Numbered from the stretch's first letter, positions 1 to 13,942 are shown. The stretch: 64,000 nt of DNA from Octopus vulgaris (GCA_951406725.2 OX597815.1:153636001-153700000), one strand, 5' to 3'. Made by a program: numbers and translations. The notes: generated by a model not told the origin, from the sequence alone.

Positions 1-1577
1 AATTGTTTCTCATCTCATGCCACACCACTTTGTAACTGTGGCTGATGGTGCATTCTACTATTTATACTCCAACAACTCTGGAATACTCCAATGTATACAC
101 ATACACTTCTTTCTGTTCATTAATAACATGCTTGCTGTCACTTTAAAAAGTGAAGGCATGTGGGAAAATTTTTCAGGTTACTGCACTAATGATCACAAGA
201 TCATGATTTCAAATCCTGAACCAGGTAGTGTGTTGTGTTCTTGAGCAAAGCACTTCATTTCAAGTTGCTCCAGTCCACTCATTTGTAAATGTGTAACCCT
301 GTGATGAACTGGCATCCTATTCAGTGGTACTGTTGAGATTGTGGTCACTTATATGCCATGGAAACCAAGTAACCAGCCTTATGAGTCCTAGGGACTTGAG
401 ACAGTAATGTTCAAGGGTTGATGATGGTGATGATGATGATGATGATGATGTCATTTCACATAGCATACATTTCTATGAAGAACACTACACTTCACTTCTT
501 AACTTTACTCATACACATGAAACATCCACATTAAATCTAGGTATCTAATGCCAGAATGGTACTGCCTCCTCAAACAGAATTCTTGAAAACACCTTTCAAT
601 AGACTGCAGCCTAGTTTTCTTTTGCACAAAGACGCAATCATTACACACATATCAATGAAACAAACTTTGCAATACATTATCTCCATGAGTGAGCAACACA
701 CAAGCTAAAGCACCAAGTTACTGTAAGTGTCACAATCATTTATGATTCCTCATGGGAAAACTCATACACGGAGGAGTGCCAAAACTGCAGAGTGACAAAG
801 TACTTTCAGCCTTAATTAGCTACTGGCCTCTGAAAGCTTGAGTAGGGGTCACAGTGGAGCACTGCCGGCATATTTGGAACAAACTGCGTTTACACAAACA
901 AATAACTTAGAGCAAATCCATAAAGATGAAGGAATATGAAAAAATTTTAAATCATTATCTCTCTTTTTTTTTTCACTTTATAGACTGGTCATCAGGCATC
1001 TTACATTAGCCTTGTTTCACAGACAGTCCTACACTTTTAAGTAGAAGTCTTTTAAGGAGATTTATGACTGACTGTGAGAGAGATTCCAGTATGTAGTTAA
1101 TCTAAATTGTCTCCATGGAGAACAATATTATGCATGTTCCCTTTCATTTAGGTCCACTATTCATCAACTGCAGGCAAGTTAATTGGGTAACCTAAGAATA
1201 ATGTACTTCACAATACAAAAGTTGCTGTGTTAAACCTTTTGTAACCATATTTCTTTTGAAATACATTGCTGTTGATAATTTTAAAATAATGAAGAATTCA
1301 GTAAAATGACATTGTCATTATTGAGCTGAGATTTGAAATTTGGAGGGAAGGTTTTAATTTAGATTACTTTAAACAGAAAGTTTGAATCATAAATATGAGG
1401 TGCCTCAGGTGAATTGGTACCAAATGGCTTAAGATATTGACTAAAAGGGTTAAGGTATTGGACTATTTACCCAGGGCTTATGCATAATCCAAGGGTAAAT
1501 AGTTCAGTAATTTAGCGTTGGAACCCTTGTGCCTTATACGAAGATACATGAAGAGAAAGTGAGAATATCTGGTATAC

Positions 1578-1676
1578 CTGCAACTTATCAGGTCCATCTG
1601 AGATGAATTTCTTTACCATCTGGTTGATTTTATCAACATTAGCAATACACACATTTCCTGAACTCAGTTCTGGGAA
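1578..1676 (-). CDS. NT5C3: Internal coding exon of cytosolic 5'-nucleotidase III / 7-methylguanosine phosphate-specific 5'-nucleotidase (NT5C3A/B family)
   Basis: 99-bp phase 0/0 exon between ttttcttttctttttattcttcAG and GTatac. It encodes FPELSSGNVCIANVDKINQMVKKFISDGPDKLQ, which resembles the NT5C3 segment (PE..KSSV.I.N...V......I.GG..KLQ) just before the HAD motif DFDxT. Downstream exons lie outside the window. Confidence 0.8.
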
Positions 1677-1790
1677 CTGAAGAATAAAAAGAAAAGAAAA
1701 GTATAACAATATAGAGAAATATGCAATATTAAGAAATGTACTGTATAATAAAATACAAGAAATTAAATTCATTAAAATTCAATCAAAAAC

Positions 1791-1826
<36 letters not shown>

Positions 1827-3254
1827 CATATGGTAAATTTGAAAAGAGAACATAAAAATAGAATAATAGGAATTTTAAGAAATGAATGTCAAGTAAATTT
1901 GAAATCTCATCCCATATTAGGTATGGCTGATTCTTTTTTGATGCCATTTAATACCTATGCTAGAAAAAACAAATTAAATACCAGAAACAATTATTATCTA
2001 TATATTAATAAGCTAAGGCCGAATGCATCATGCTGTCACATGGTTAATTGAAGGAAGAGGTGAAAAGCAAGAGTTAAAGAGGGAGAGAGAAGAGTTAATG
2101 ATGTGAGTTAGGAGGAAAACAATAGTTAGGTAGTTAAAAAGTAGGTTGATGGGAGAGGTATAGAAAAAGAGAGTTAGAAATACAATTTTTAGCAGAGTAG
2201 TGATACTCTAGTGGAAAAGCAGATTGAGAGAGTACATTGGCAGTTATATTGAGAGTGAGAGGCAGATAAAAAGAGAGCGAGTAGTGACACTATGCCAGCC
2301 GATGTAATATGCTGTGACATAGTGGAAGTGAGAGGTGAACAGAAAAAGAGAAATGATAATGATGTGAAGAGAGAAATGGCATGGTTAAAAATTAGTTGAA
2401 GTAAGAGGTAGAGAGAAAAAGAGAGAAAGAAATATAAAGTGTTTAGCAGAGGGAAATTTTAAACATCATATATTATAGTGACTGACACGAAAAATACCAT
2501 TTTACTATTCAGTCTTTTATATCTTCTATCTGTCAATCTATTTATCTATTCACATAAACAAATGCATGTACAAGTCAACGGTAGACAGAAAGCTTATGAT
2601 AGATACAGATTTTTCAATGAAAGTGAAATAAATAAGCAAAACAAGTGGATGTTATTTTTTTAAAATCCGAGGAGCAGAAAGAAACATCAACAGTGAGAAA
2701 AGTAGATATGTAACAAACAACTGAAATGAAATGAAATGAAAATAATCTTGATTGGCAACAACTTAGATTGAACTTTGTTACTGAAAACTAGAGTGGTGGT
2801 GGTGGTGGTAGCGATAATGGTGATGATGATAGTGGAGGTGGTAGTAGTGAGTGGATGGTGAAAAGTGTATTTTTTTTTTTATTATTGAACTAAATTTTTT
2901 ATATCACCTATCATTTAATGGATATGTATAAGTTTAATTATTTATGATCTGCATGCTTGAAAATTGATATTTACTAATAAAAATATGAATGACACACAAA
3001 GTAAGCTAACAAGAGAGAGAATGAGATGGCATAGGCAATGGTGTGAAAAGAAACAGGGTCGAATCACTACAACAAGCAAGGGAGTAGAAGAAGCATGTAG
3101 AAGGGAAAATATGAATCAAAGAGAATACAGTTAGTATTTACAACAGATAAGAGAATGAGTTCCAGATAGATTAGAAAATGAAAATGAGAAAGAATGTCAA
3201 CAAAAAAAAGGATCAAATAGGGACAGAAAAAAACGAAATGGACTTGGACCGGAA

Positions 3255-3581
3255 ATGGAAAATGACAAAGGAAACGGTATAGGAATGGTAGATGAGGAGT
3301 TCAGCTGCTGTGGAAAGGTGTTTGCTAGTTACATCAGGCTGAGAATCCACCAAGGGAAGGTGTGTCAGAAGAAAGTATTTCAACAACGTGGGCTGATAAA
3401 CCATAAGACGTTTGGCCAGAACCCCCTGGAAAATAACCATAGCGAGGTTCATTCAACAGTTGAATTGGATCAGTCAAAAAGACTGATAGGTGTGAAGAGG
3501 ACAAAGATTAAGTGGCCAAAAGCAAATGACGCAGTGAGTTATAAAAAATTTGACAACGAGGTAGCAAGAATGATGGCTTGA
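3255..3581 (+). mobile_element. N-terminal fragment of a HERO/R2-group (RLE) non-LTR retrotransposon
   Basis: ORF with a zinc-finger-like CCGKVF..YIRLRIHQGKVC followed by IKWPKAND...KFD, an arrangement I recognise from HERO-like ORFs. Confidence 0.45.
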
Positions 3582-4066
3582 AAGTCATAACATGCCGGCA
3601 GGAAATAACATCACAAGGTGAGACAAGCTGACACTGAATCAGCTTCACTGACTGACAGGTGACAGTCATTTAAAGAATGCGCAGGCTAAGACTATGAGCC
3701 TTCACTAGTCAGTTAAGGTGAGAAAGTATCATGTGACAACTTGCTGGGGCTGCCTGCTGGAGCCTAGCGGCAGGTATTTAAAGGGAAAAGTTTGACAAGT
3801 CAGTCAGTCACCGGCTGACGATACAGCGAAGAGGCCAGGGAATATAAGAAAGAAGAAGAAAGAAGACATGCACCCAACACGAGAGCTGAAGACACCTCCA
3901 AAAGCGGGGTCCCCGCCACAGCAAAACAGTAGAGGAGTAGGGGCTGAAACCAGACGTGGTTCCTCCTGATGATGTCTTGTGCTAACTGGATCCTATAAAG
4001 GAGCTGTTGTGGTAGCAGACCACGGAACACGATTGTAATTCCTTGAAAGTTACAACATTGGTGACA
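3580..4066 (+). mobile_element. Possible LTR remnant with start of a primer-binding site
   Basis: GC-richer than flanks, TATTTAAA at about 3775, ends ...GTTACAACA followed by TTGGTGACA (LTR end plus TGG-type PBS). Left boundary uncertain. Confidence 0.3.
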
Positions 4067-4736
4067 TGAATATTCTCAGTAATTATAGTGAAGCCTTTAG
4101 ATTTATAACTGAATCTCTGAACTACTGAGAGAATGGCTAATTCATGCTCCCTTAATTACAGTCTTATCCAGAAGAACTGAAAGGTTTTGTTTTTTTTGGA
4201 ATGAAAATAATGCAGAATACACAATTTCAAAGGAAGCATACATTTTTATGGCTCTGTATAAACTTCCAATCATCTAAAACATTTCATATTTATCATGGAA
4301 TTTCTATAGGTACTACTAGTTATTATTATTGACACTTGTGGTATTAAGATGTATTAGCATTTAAAATGAAAATTTCTTCAGGATATTGGCTATAAAGGAA
4401 TTTCAGTTACCTGAGTATAGTCTGCAACTAAGAACAGACAAGAAAAAAACAGTTTGTTTGTTAAAGAAAGAAAGAAAGAGAGAGAGAGAGACAGACAGAC
4501 AGAGAGAGTAGTAGGAGCAGTAGTAATAGAAGCTATAACTACATTTCCATGTTTCAGGATGATTAGCCATATATCTATGCAGGGATATAAGTTAGTAAAT
4601 ATGATTATCACAAGCTCTTTTTTGTAAGCATTACATTCTACATGCTTTCACAAGAATCAGTTATTGGGAAATGGTATCTTTTTATAAAAAATGATAAGAA
4701 TTACAACACAAGCACAAAAGCAAATATCATATATAT

Positions 4737-4980
4737 ATCATCATCATCATCATCGTTTAATATCTGTTTTCTATGCTAGCATGGGTTGGACAGTTCGACC
4801 AGGATCTGGGAAGCCAGGAGGCTGCACCAGGCTCCAGTCTGATCTGGCAGTGTTTCTACAGCTGGATTCCCTTCCTAATGCCAACCACTCTGTGAGTGTA
4901 GTTGGTACTTTTTATGTGCAACCGGCACAGGAGCCAGGGGATGCTGGCAACGGGCATGATCGGTTGGTGCTTTTTATGTG
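4737..4980 (-). mobile_element. RTE-type 3' tail fragment with (GAT)n end
   Basis: Same catcatcgtttaa...catgctagcatgggttggac...gatgcccttcctaa motif as the RTE 3' end at 15291-15450 and the copy at 24806-25079. Confidence 0.7.
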
Positions 4981-5101
4981 ACATATATATATATACACCA
5001 GAGTAAGCACATAAATATGAAGCAAGGTGAAAAAAATAGTACTCGAATATCAGAGGTAGAGTAATATGCTTTATTAAAAAGCAGCAAAAATATCGCAAAA
5101 A

Positions 5102-5139
5102 CTGTTACTCAGAGTTTCATGTTCCCATTCATCGGACAG
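5102..5139 (-). ncRNA. Minimal type I hammerhead motif (inverted copy, U4>C)
   Basis: Minus strand reads CTGT-CCGATGA-ATG ggaa CAT-GAAA-CTCTGAG-TA-ACAG. Confidence 0.55.
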
Positions 5140-5157
5140 TTTTGTTTCTAAACAAAC

Positions 5158-5195
5158 TTGTCTGACGAACGAGAATGTGAAACTCTGAGTAACAA
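5158..5195 (+). ncRNA. Minimal type I hammerhead ribozyme motif
   Basis: TTGT-CTGACGA-ACG agaa TGT-GAAA-CTC t GAG-TA-ACAA: stem I TTGT/ACAA, intact core, GUA cleavage triplet. Confidence 0.7.
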
Positions 5196-5289
5196 TTTTT
5201 GTGATATTTTTGCTGCTTTTTAATAAAGTATATACATATATATATATGTTTGTATGTATATGTATATATATACACAAAAGGAATAAAGA

Positions 5290-5605
5290 CTACCTTCGAT
5301 CATGAATGATCATGGGATTGCACCTAGAAAGTTCCCCTCCTGAGCACAAGTCTGGCAAGATTGTTTATGGAAGACCAGCAGTTGCCCATGTGTTCCAGCC
5401 TCCCCTCTCCATGCCACGGGAAAGGCAAAAGCCGATAGAGCTTGGCACCTGTGATGTCACAACTCATTTCAACAACTGAATGAACTGAAGTAATGTGAAA
5501 TAAAGTGTTTGGCTCAAGAACACAATGCACAGCCTAGTTCAGCAATCGAACTCACAGCCTCACGGTTGTAAGCATGGCACCCTAACCACTGAGCTATGCA
5601 GCTTC
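5290..5605 (-). mobile_element. tRNA-derived SINE copy (degenerate)
   Basis: Minus-strand head with box A (tagctcagtggttaggg) and box B (gagttcgatt). Related partial copies at about 150-400 (+) and 5630-5712 (+). Confidence 0.55.
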
Positions 5606-5740
5606 ACACACACACATATGTGTATGTGTCAAGCTTACGATTGTGAGGTTGTGGTTTCAATTCCTGGACTAGGCTGTGCATTGTGTTCTTGAGCTAGATG
5701 CTTTCACATTGCACCACACACACACACATGCACATTTATA

Positions 5741-6744
5741 CCATAAAAACCCTTGTAGTTTATGCAGGTGATTTTCAGGATAAAATTTGTTAAAAAAAAA
5801 CTTCTACTTATGCAAAATTCGCACCTAGAAGTTTTGAGAATGGCCAACATGGGAAAAAGGTTTTTAGTTTAGTTGTATTAAGCACAATTTGACTTACTTC
5901 TGATTAGATTTTATTAAATTTTCATTAAATAAAAATAATTTCTGTTTAACAAGTATCACATTGAAAGCTATTAAATTACAAAGTCTTTGTGTTGTTTATA
6001 ATAAAACATTATTTTACATTTCTTGTCCATAAGAGATTATGTCCAATTTTTAGCATATTGCTGTATGTCTTCTCAAATCACGATCACAGGAAAAGCTGAT
6101 AAATATGCACAGGTGTTGCAAATTAATTAACAAACATCAGCTTGGATGACACTTTACTCAACTGATAGAGGAAGGTGACAGATCAAGCTGATTTGCCTAT
6201 TCTTGCCGGAACCTTTGATACAGAGTATTGAAATTTTAATCACTTTCACACTTATTAAATGTCAAGCAAACTTTAAAATTTGACATTACCATTATTGTCA
6301 GTTGGGTAGAACTTATGAATCATTTACTGCGAAGGAGAAATTAAATATGTGCTCCATTGCGATAGGTAGAAATTCCAAGCAATGTAAAATATGGCCCAGA
6401 CCGTGTTTACCAGCATGAATGTCAGACTTCAAAAACTAGTTAACCATTTAGTGGTTTTAATAAATTTATACAGAAAAAGTAAGCATTATACCGTCCAGTA
6501 TAAATAAAAGTCAACTTCATTATGCGTATTTAAGCCATTATTTTTTCTGTAGAAACCTATTCTGACATTAAATGAGTCAACTTCTGGTATGAATTTTTAC
6601 GTTTTGTACATCTTTTTTCAACAAAAAAAAAAAAAAAAATTTCAAAACAAATTCTGGAAACAATCTACTCATGTAATTTACACACCCACTAAAGTTTATT
6701 TTTACTTTTGTGAAAAAGTGCGTAAATTACATGGGTTTTTACGG
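5741..6744. mobile_element. Non-autonomous Tc1/pogo-type DNA transposon remnant
   Basis: TIRs CCATAAAAACCCTTGTAGTTTATGCA / TGCGTAAATTACATGGGTTTTTACGG, with TA on both sides. Confidence 0.6.
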
Positions 6745-7791
6745 TATACATATATTTGTATATTTGATCAGATTTACACCGGTTTTTCCATGTTAGCATG
6801 GATTAAATGAAATTTGCCAAGGCTGATTATCTATATCTTGATGTTCTTCCTGTAACCTATTCATAACCTGTTTTCAAAGGAAATGTTTTGTATAGGCTAC
6901 TGGTCCTCATACAATGAAAGCTGAAACTATGCATTGCTGGACAATGTAAACAAAGTCACTGATTTTTCACTCAGTGTGAAGTCATTACAAACATTAGGCA
7001 TTGTAATCACTGAAGATCTCTCAGGGCAATCTCATTCACAAACAAGTAAAATCTTCATCTATAAGATTATCCTTCCTCTTCAGAGCCAGAAAATTCCTCA
7101 AATCTGAGCAGTTGCTGATTCTCTTCAAAGCTCAAACAAGGTCCATAATTGATTACACTTAAACACATAAACATCCTAGACCATATCCAGCTGATTGTCC
7201 AACTTGTAGCTCACAGATGCATTTTATCCTCAGCCTTTTTTTAATACTATTGTCACAATAGCTTCCGTTTTTCAGAGTTAGCACCTACATTCTCAACCCC
7301 ACTTGACACACCCATCTCTCATTTTTTCTTGCCCATTTTGTATCTCTTCATCCAGGTTCTACAGTAACTTTTATATCCAGTCCTTCTTCCCCAGAATGTC
7401 AAACCTCTGGAACTGCTTCCTACCAACATTTTTTCCTGCCAATGTTGACTTTTAGCTAAATATCAACTGCATTGATGTCAGGAATTGTGTCAATGACCTG
7501 TACAGGTCATAGACACAGTTCTTTTTCTCCAAACTAAAGCCATAAAGAAAAAAAAATACTGCTTTATACATCATTCACATCGTATCTACAATTCTTAAAT
7601 ACTGAACAAGAAATCTTTTCTGTGAATGCTGGTCTCCGGACATTATATACACATGTTATGAGTTATATAATGCACATACAATTGTTTATTTTAACCTAGT
7701 AAATTCAGTATGGTGTAGTTAAGGGGAACCCCCTGATTTCCATAAAACAAGTGGAAAAAAGAAAATCATGACTGATGACATCTAATATATA

Positions 7792-9071
7792 TTAAGTTGT
7801 CTGGAAAGTTCTGAGTGCTTTTAATCTAAATCTTTTAATGCTTCATTAAACACACCTGAAACATAATACAATTAAAACTTTGGCATTGCTTAAAGTGGTA
7901 GTGCATCTCTTCTTTGTTCCTGACTAAAAATAGAATTATCTTTCATTCCAGTCACCCTTTATTGACATTTGAAATGGATAATCAAACATTTCATAGCTGC
8001 ATTGTAATGCTTTTCTTTTTTAAAAAAAGGAGAAAATGTTGCAAAGACTTGCAAAACCATTTGTGAAGTTTATGGTGATGATGCTGCAGGTGAATCAACT
8101 TTTTGAAGGTGGTTTGCAAAATTTAAAACTGGAAGATGACAGTCACAGTAGAAGACCTTCAAAATTGGATGAAGATGTTTCGAAGGCAAAAATGGAACAA
8201 AATTCAAATATCACGACTAGAGAACATGCAGAGCAGTTGGAAGTTTCTAAAAGTATGGCTCATGAACACCTAGTGAAGCTAGGATACATTTCTCACTATA
8301 ATATGTGGGTCCCTCACAAACTCTCAGAAAAGAATTGCTTGGACCAGTGTTCTCCTAGTGATATGGTTTTGAAATGGAATGAAAGCATGCCTTTTTTTAA
8401 AACAACTTGTAACTGGAGACAAAAAATTGATTTTTGTATGAAAACGTCATACAAAAAAGATTCTGGAGTTTGCGCAAGGATCCCCCAAAACAGCAACCAA
8501 AGATGAACATCCATGCTAAAAATGTTATGCTTTGTGTTTGATGGGATGATAAAGGCATTATTTATAATGAGCTTCTCCCACAAAACCAGACCATTAATTC
8601 TGATGTGTACCGTCATCAGCTGGATAATTTGAACCAAAAACAATCAAAGAATTGAGGTCGGAGACTGCTAACAAGAAAGGGGTAGTGTTCCAACAAGACA
8701 ATGCCTGACCACATGTCTTTGGCTACCCAAACAAAATAACATGAACTTGGCTGCGATCTTTTACTACATCCACCATACTCTCCTGATATTGCACCATCCA
8801 ACTACCACTTGTTTTTGTCTCTACAAAACTCATTGCAAAGAAAAACATTTAACGATTTAGATGGAGTCAAAATGCATCTAGATAATTTTTTCTCTTCAAA
8901 ACCAGTCAAATCTTATGCTGATGGAATATTTAAGTTACCTGATAGATAGGCAAAAGTCAGTAATAATAATGGAAATTATTTCACTGAATAAAATTTATTG
9001 AAAAGTCAATTATTCATATCCCGTTTTGCATATTAAAAAAAAAAATGCTCAGAACTTTCTGGATAACCTAA
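7792..9071 (+). mobile_element. Full-length decayed mariner transposon (transposase pseudogene about 7973-8990)
   Basis: ~30-bp TIRs (ttaagttgtctggaaagttctgag / ctcagaactttctggataacctaa), 1.28 kb long. Motifs WVPHKL, QQDNA*PH and HPPYSPDIAPSNYHLF; frameshifts and stops. Confidence 0.92.
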
Positions 9072-11983
9072 CAGAAAGCAATTTTTCTTAAGGCAAGCAG
9101 TGATAACATGTGCATGCAAATGAAACAAAAGAGAATAAATAAGGAAACCTAGATTTCCTTGTCAAAATGAAGTGGATAGAGGCAGAGAGTTTCAAAGTAC
9201 ATACCCGGTGGAAACTTAAATAGCGGACATGTTTCCAAAAATAGTTTATCTGAAAACAAAAGAGATATTTCTAATATCTATTTAATACAAGCATTATAAC
9301 AGCATTCTAATATTCCAGATTCTAAACAGCTTTAATCAATCTAGATTGTCCCTATTCACTTTACAGTAGAAAAAGAGAAAGGAGTTATGCTACACCTGAC
9401 ATAACCAAAGGCATCAGTAAAGTAAGTAAAAAGAAACAGTCACAACTAGAAACTGAAACAAGGTCATCAACTTAGCATGTTCAAATATTGATGGTCAATT
9501 ATAGAAACCTAGAGGTTTTTCTGAGTATTAGTTTAGAATTAAAGTGAACCTTTAAATGGTAATCCAAGCAAATCAGTATGAAAATGTAAAAGATCTTGTG
9601 TTTGGAAGGTGAAAGCCAAAGTTGTCCCCAGAAAAATTTGAGCCTAGAACGTAGAGCTAAAAGACAAATACTTTAAGACATTTAGTCCACTTACCTTCTA
9701 CCCTACTATAAAACTTATTAACTGTGGACATCACATTACCACCGAATGAGAATCTATTTGCATCTATGTAATTGTTCTTGCACAAATATTGGCACTCTTA
9801 ATATAATTCTCAGGCAGAGTCAGCATGTCACAGGCTAACTTTTTGAATTACATGTACCATCAACTTATTAGGCTTCTATACAGTTTCTGTCTACCCAATT
9901 TCACTCACAAGATGTAGTGGGATCAAACCCAGTACCTCATAGTTATAAAGAGAACTTCTTATCCATTTGGCCACACTACACCTACATTCCAGATCACATT
10001 AAAGCCAAAGTTATTTATTGTCTTATTTCCAAAACCTTATAAACTCCCCACACGCAGTATGCTTTAAGATGTGTTTTCATTACATGATAATCTTAAGAAA
10101 ATCAATATTCAACTGTAAAGTAACAAAATGAATTTTCAATATGCTCATGGGCAGAGTTAGCAGAGAAATCTTGGATTTTCACTGAATGGCATTATCTCTG
10201 CTTCTCAATGCTTTCATATTTCAAGAGCAACATAACTCAGTATATTGAAAGAATGTTCTCATAAAAAGATCTCAGTACAGCTGTTTATATTTATTCAGTA
10301 CAGTTGTTTATTTTTTATGTAACACTTCAGATGAGGAGATAAGCAATTAGTATTTAGGGCCCCAAGGAGAACTAGAACTAAACAATATAATCCTTTCTCT
10401 TACAATAGACTGACCTTACTGTATCAGGCATTCTTTATTGCTTTGCTCCATAATTTCAGGGAGTTTCTAGAGAAACTAAATTTACATACAACATTGCGGT
10501 TGAGAGGATGTTGTCGTTTAGCCCCAGGTTAGTCTTAAGTAGATCTATGATCATAGGTGCTCCAAATATATCTATGTCATCTTTTCTTTTTCTGACACAA
10601 TGCATCTAAAGCTGTATCTTTCAATGTGTCCACCCCTTTTAAGGGTGGCAGGGTGTGATTAGAAGAAAATTTGGTTGTTATTTCTAAAACATCAAAACCA
10701 CATTTGATAAAAAAATTTCCAGAAATATATAACCAGGTTATCTAGTGGAATATTTCTAAATTCTCTAGGTTATGGGACATCATCATCATCATCATCATCA
10801 TCATCATGACAAAAATAATAATGATATACTAACAGCTTTATCATTTCCTCTTCTGATGACTTCATATGCTTTTCTTTGCTTGGTTAGGTTGGACAGCACT
10901 GCAAATGATGTGGAAATAATTACCTTCTATTTTGATACAGAAACTAAAATACTTAGAATAAACTCCCCCAATAGTGATTTTATAATTTTGTCGGCACCTT
11001 TTGAACTCCTGAACAGCAGAATGTTAATCAACCAACTGACAAACTATGTTTGAAGTTTCAGAAAAGCACAGTTATATTTTTAGCAGCAACTTTTATCATC
11101 ACATACAAAATGTTGCTGATCAAAAATAGAAACCTAACGGTTTTTCTTGTTTTAAATATAGAATCAGTGCTGGGGAAAGAAACAATTCATGAGAACCCTA
11201 GCTATGCTTTACTACAACAAAGTTAAGAGCATACTAGTTTCAGTGACTTCTATGGATTCATTACAATATATATATAAATATATATAACATCATAATCATC
11301 TTTATTTTGAACATGTCTTGTTATAAAGTAACTGTTGCCTTATTTTACTTTTAAAGGTTTGAGAAGAGTTTATAACTTTGAGAAGAATTTAATATACTGC
11401 TTGAGAGGAGTTTTATACACTACATAATAATAAAACTCAAAGACATGTATATGCACACTTACATTCACAAAGAAGCAACTAAACAGATTAGGGAAACAAG
11501 TATTACTGTGGTAAATCATATACTTTTAATGTCTAATAATTACTGAGAATTATTTCTATCATCAATACACACACACACACACACATGTATGTATGTATGT
11601 ATGTATGTATGTTTGTATGCATGTATGTATATATGTATGTATGTGCGTGAGTATGTATGTATGTATGTGTATATATATATATATATATATATGCACACAC
11701 ACATGTATGCATATATATACATATATACACACATATATGTATATATCTATCTTTTTATATATATATATATATATACATATATGTATATATATGTGTGTGT
11801 GTGTGTGTGTGTATGCATAATTCATTGTAGTTACGATATACTGACAATAAATAACTTTGTAGAAGCATGATTTTAAGAATGTTATGTACACACATAGATA
11901 CCTAATCGCTATCAGACATGCACAGATACAGAAGATAACTAATGACAAGATAAAAATTTTGATAAAGTGAAGAAATATCTCAC

Positions 11984-12023
11984 CTTCATTTGCATTCTAT
12001 TTGGGCACTTATAATTATTATCG
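11984..12023 (-). CDS. Candidate upstream exon of the NT5C3 gene (40 bp; x-DNNYKCPNRMQMK)
   Basis: Polypyrimidine tract plus ttatAG acceptor and strong AAG/GTGAGA donor. The frame is open, ends in phase 0 (compatible with exon 1578-1676) and contains in-frame ATGs (MQMK). No homology support. Confidence 0.4.
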
Positions 12024-12984
12024 CTATAATTAAAATGAAAAAAAAAAAACAAAGAGCTAAAATAACAGGGCTCCTAGCAAAGGAATAAAATAGACTAGAT
12101 TTTACTCTCCATCAATGGATATATTCCAAACTGTTGATTTGACCATTTTCTTTGTTCTTTTTCTCTTTTCTTATCACTGTTGTTGCCTACAAAAAGAACA
12201 GATTCTCACAGTAGAGACCTTGTCAACACTTCTCTAGCTAACAGGAAAAACAAAATGGTACTGTGATACAACTAACATGAAGACTAGTCTTAAGAGACAA
12301 CAGCAATACTGACAACCGCAATGCTGAAGTTCGTGGGAGTGGGGGGTAGGGAACAGAACAAAACAAAACAAAACGTAAGCAGTTCTAAGAATATTACTAA
12401 TAAAATAACTAAATTAACAGTAACATGTAAAGGAAGAGATATCTAGTGTCAATTTTCTCATAAACTAAAGAAGCAACAGATATTTTACTAGAGAGAGGGA
12501 GGAGAAGGAAGGGGAGAGAGAAAGAGAGAGAAAAAAGAAAGAATGAATTATAAGCAGGACAATCACTGCCACAACAGCAACAACAACATGATCAAAACTT
12601 CATGACAAGTAAGAAGACCATTGCCAAAAGAAATTTGGAGGTAGATAAATGTTAGTGCTAGCAGGAAAATATAACACCTGGATTATTATTGTTGTATAGA
12701 GATCTTGTATACAGCTGCCAAGAAGGAATGACAAGAATAAATGAACAAAAATAACAATAAAATAAACAAGGATTGAATCTGAAAGAAATTTTTTTTTCTA
12801 TTCTAAATGAATTTTGTTAACAAGATGAGTGAAAACTGAAAACGTAGTAGTGCTATTATTAAAGAATATTTAGCTTGATCTACCTGTAAGACAGACAATT
12901 TTAAGCTGGTTTAAAACTATTGATTTTTGTTTCTTTTATAAAAGTTAGTCAGTGAAAATGAGAAGGTGCCCATAACTTCTTTAA

Positions 12985-13204
12985 CCTTTGGCATTTAAAC
13001 TGACCATATCTGGCCCAAATATTTTATCTGTTTTTCATTCAAACTGGCCAGATCGGGCCTCTTACACCTATACCTCAATGTCATTTTAAAAGTAAACAAT
13101 CACACCATCAAAATCATGAAGCTAAGAGATAATGCATGATAAGTTCACAACAATGTGAATAAATAAGTATTACATTTGATAGAGTAATCTCAATGTTTAA
13201 AGGG
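12985..13204. mobile_element. piggyBac-type MITE (TTAA-flanked)
   Basis: TTAA-CCTTTGGCATT...AAAGGG-TTAA; homologous to 13718-13938. Confidence 0.65.
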
Positions 13205-13717
13205 TTAAGAACTCTTGGACTAACTTAACTGATGCAGCTAATGTCTTTCCTGAATATTTGAAGAAAGACAATGAAAGCAGGAAGGAACAAGAAATCTAAT
13301 CTAAATGATGTAACAGTGATGGACTCTATAAAAGGTATCTAATCACCAGGTGGTAGCATTAAACCAACCAACATATTAGGACCACTACTAAACTGATAGG
13401 TAGGTTGAGAGAGTCAGGTGACACTTCTCACTTTATAGCATGACAACCAAAAAGGAAGTTAAAGGAGGAAATTAATAGATGTTATTTCCTGGAATTGGAT
13501 TTTGTCAAGCCATCCAACCCATGCCAAAAGGCAAAGTAAATATGGAACATTTTATGATGATGGTGATTTTTAGCAACCTGCCTGGTATTTGAACTTTGAG
13601 ACAAAACTGATGTTGTAGCTATTAGATATGTATAGACATATAGTGTTGACTTTGTTTGATTAAGATAGAAAACTCAAGGTGGGGTTGTATTAAAAATAAT
13701 ATTATCTCTTTAGTTAA

Positions 13718-13938
13718 CCCTTTAGCATTTAAACCGGCCATATCCGGCCAAAAGTATTCTGCCTGTTTTATGTTCAAAATGGCCAGATCTGGTCTCTCAC
13801 ACCAACCCTACAATATTGTTTTAAAAATTAACAGCTACCTCATCAAAATCTCAAAGCTACAAGATAATGCCTGATTAGTTCAAGGCAATGTGGATGAAAA
13901 AGGATTAATTTTGGTAGAATAATGTGAACACTAAAGGG
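13718..13938. mobile_element. piggyBac-type MITE (TTAA-flanked)
   Basis: TTAA-CCCTTTAG...CTAAAGGG-TTAA with perfect terminal repeats. Confidence 0.75.
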
Positions 13939-13942
13939 TTAA

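Larger units (their letters stand above)
5064..5233. repeat. ~85-bp-arm foldback (Penelope pseudo-LTR-like) carrying two minimal hammerheads, one per strand
   Basis: atatgctttattaaaaagcagcaaaaatatcgcaaaa... is the reverse complement of ...tttttgtgatatttttgctgctttttaataaagtatat. Set in (TA)n context. Confidence 0.85.

Noticed and set aside
8036-8506. Intact transposase or SETMAR-like domesticated gene
   Set aside because: Frameshifts and stops, third catalytic D replaced by N, bounded by TIRs, no SET domain.
10772-11053. ORF starting MGHHHHHHHHHH (His-tag or vector contamination)
   Set aside because: A (CAT)n microsatellite common in this window; no vector or recognisable protein sequence follows.
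11533-11948. Many YI/VC/MYVC-rich ORFs (also 32382-33367, 36010-36480, 39064-39299, 45254-45549)
   Set aside because: Stop-free translations of (TA)n, (CA)n, (TATG)n and (TATC)n microsatellites.
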